From Octopus sinensis (Eukaryota): DNA of 21,249 nucleotides. The DNA lies in contig NW_021823764.1 in the NCBI RefSeq assembly GCF_006345805.1, positions 1 to 21,249 of the forward strand, written 5' to 3'. Of the stretch, positions 19,171 to 21,249 are shown in pieces. Position 1 is the stretch's first letter; each line of letters starts with the position of its first letter. The position numbers and the translations under genes were made by a program. The notes beneath the pieces were generated by a model that was given only the letters and a program-made list of their open reading frames with translations, did not search any database and was not told where the DNA came from.

Positions 19171-19593
19171 GTGAAAGCATGGCCGCATGGCTAAGAAGTT
19201 CGCTTTGCAGCCACGTGATTTTGGGTTCAGTCCTACTGCGCTGCACCTAATGTAAATGTCTTCTACTATAACCCCCGGCCCACCTAAGCCTTATGAGTGA
19301 ATTTGGTAGACGGAAACTGTAAGAAATCCTGTCGTATGCATATATATGTGTGTGTTTGCTTGTGTGCGTTTGCTTGTGTGCTTGTATGTGTGTGTATGTG
19401 TGTGCACATGTTGCCCCCCCCACACACACACACAACCTCACTTGACAACCTATGTTAGTTTGTTTACATCCTCCTAAACTAGCGGTTCGGCAAAAGGCAT
19501 CGACAGAATAAGTACCAGGCCTTCAAAAAATTAGTACTGGGGTCGATTTGGTTCGACTAAACTCTTCAAGGTGATGCCCCAGCATGGCCGCAT
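19171..19593 (+). mobile_element. Diverged near full-length SINE of the same family
   Basis: Colinear with 18301-18660 (gggttcagtcc, gagtgaatttggtagacggaaactg, agcggttcggcaaaag, ggggtcgat, ccccagcatggccgca). Confidence 0.88.
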
Positions 19594-19996
19594 TGTGACA
19601 AACAGAATATTATTGAGTTTTACGCATTTCGGATTCATAGAATGTCTTAGACGCTTTATGCTGGAATACATTTCATGATTTCACAGAGAATAACAGATTT
19701 GTCACAAAAGATTCTTCATGGCTTTTCCATAAGTAATATATAAAGAAAAAGAATCACAATGTTTCCTGTTACAATAAAAGATGAATCGTGGATCAATATG
19801 GCGGGTTGGGGTGCAAAGGATTTTAAATGTTACTTAGATAGGTTTCGACTGCTATTGGCACAAGACTTTATGTCAATAGTAACATCCAGAGAGAAGACGT
19901 TTGAACATGTTTCATGTAACAGCCATACGTTGGGCACCGTGGCCCATTAAGCAAAGAGTTTGCAGAGATATATATGTGGTTTATCTGGAATTTGTT

Positions 19997-20592
19997 GGAG
20001 GAATTCTTCAAGAACCGTCATTTATGTGTCTTGGCGTGATATTAAAGAAAGCAGGACAGATTAAGTGAAATAGTTCCGTCTTGATGTTGTAATGTGACAC
20101 TATTTCAATAGTTTTTATAGAACGGGTGACAAGTGGAGGACCAAGCTCTTGGTGAATTTTAAAGTCGATGCCAATATCATATGAACAATGCAAATAATAT
20201 AGGGTTTTAGGGGGCGCTGGAGGAAGCGAAGTTTGAGGAATTCATACAGGAATCGTTTGAAGGTTATAAGAGCTTTTCTTTCCTTTATGTCTTGGCGTAA
20301 TGTTAAAGAGAGCAGGACAGATTATGTAAAATAGTTGTGTCTTAATGTTGTAATGTGACGCGAATTCCTTTGTTTTTATAGAACGGGTGCAAATAATATA
20401 GCGCCTTCGGAGGCGCTGGAAGAAGCGAAGTTCGAGGAATTCATCCAAGAATCGTGTGAAGGTCATGGGATCTGTTTTCTTCCCTTCGGTGCTTTGCCCA
20501 TGATATTAAAGAGAGCAGAAGCAGTTGAGGGGAAATATTTTGTCTTAGTATTGTGACGCGATGCGAGCATGATTTTCGTTGAGGACGGGTGG
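19997..20592. repeat. Diverged tandem repeat, three copies of a ~200-bp unit
   Basis: Shared words: gtcttggcgt at 20028 and 20289; gcaaataatatag at 20190 and 20389 (period 199); ttaaagagagcag near 20304 and 20505; gaggaattc three times. Copy 1 carries ~60 extra bp. Confidence 0.88.
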
Positions 20593-20859
20593 TTCGGGAA
20601 CCAGACCTTGGTTACATAAGTTATAGTAGTATAATAAAAATTAATAAAAATTGACAGATGGAGACGAAAACTTCTAGAAGGCAATTCAATGGAAGATTTA
20701 ATTCTTTGCTTTTAAGCAGACTCTCTCAGCAATTTCTAACGTTTTACTATAAACAATCGCTATTTAGCATTGGTTATTGATTTTTAGTCTTTTCAAATAA
20801 AAACTGAGTGAAATTAAAAGAAAAATTATGTATGTAATTATTTTACCTACATACTTTAT

Positions 20860-20869
20860 ACACACACAC

Positions 20870-20907
<38 letters not shown>

Positions 20908-21249
20908 TATATATTACATGCTAACTACATATGCATATATATATATATATATACATGCATATAGATATCTATGTGTCTTTATGTATTTATATGTATATAC
21001 GTGTGTGTATGTATATGTACATACACACTTAAATACATACATACATACTTATATACATACATACATAGATATTACACACGCTCGCAGTTATATACGCACG
21101 TACAGACATATTTTTACCTAAAAGCAATTTTATGTCGGCATAAGATATACACGAACACACAAATATGCGCACGTATGCACAAATGTTGCAAAGCTCCATA
21201 TGCACGGTTATCTATAATGATTATATACATTTGTATATACATACATACA
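20860..21249. repeat. Imperfect (TA)/(TACA)/(CA) low-complexity block
   Basis: Direct reading. Confidence 0.85.

Noticed and set aside
19593-19707. 10-bp inverted repeat ttgtgacaaa/tttgtcacaa as TIRs
   Set aside because: Too short, no TSD, and plausible by chance.
19997-20592. Repeat-spacer pattern as a possible CRISPR array
   Set aside because: Units are ~200 bp and homologous along their whole length; there are no short identical repeats with unique spacers, no cas genes, and the context is eukaryotic.

Overview
This is AT-rich eukaryotic non-coding DNA (intronic or intergenic), very rich in microsatellites and transposon remnants. The SINE families and the GATA/TA/ATT/CAT repeat load look like octopus (coleoid cephalopod) DNA; that assignment is from recall and was not searched. 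Nearly all supplied ORFs are translations of microsatellites. No rRNA, tRNA gene, CRISPR array or complete host gene is supported. Recognisable remnants: a Ty3/Gypsy pol fragment (155-1124, YLDD motif) fused directly to an R4/Dong-type non-LTR RT/endonuclease fragment (1124-2109); a Penelope-like ORF relic (10741-11025, ILPADKGN motif); a mariner 3' end (11072-11250); a lightly decayed LINE ORF1/gag-like pseudogene with a CCHC knuckle (17219-17973); about ten tRNA-derived SINE pieces; three foldback elements; and a three-copy ~200-bp tandem repeat. The most notable signal is a set of type I hammerhead ribozyme motifs in Penelope-like termini. The best case is a 558-bp inverted repeat (9276-9833) whose two arms each carry a hammerhead with an intact core, pointing away from each other. 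A 90-nt candidate exon (4001-4090, minus) resembles the C22orf15/CXorf65 family N-terminus but is unproven.
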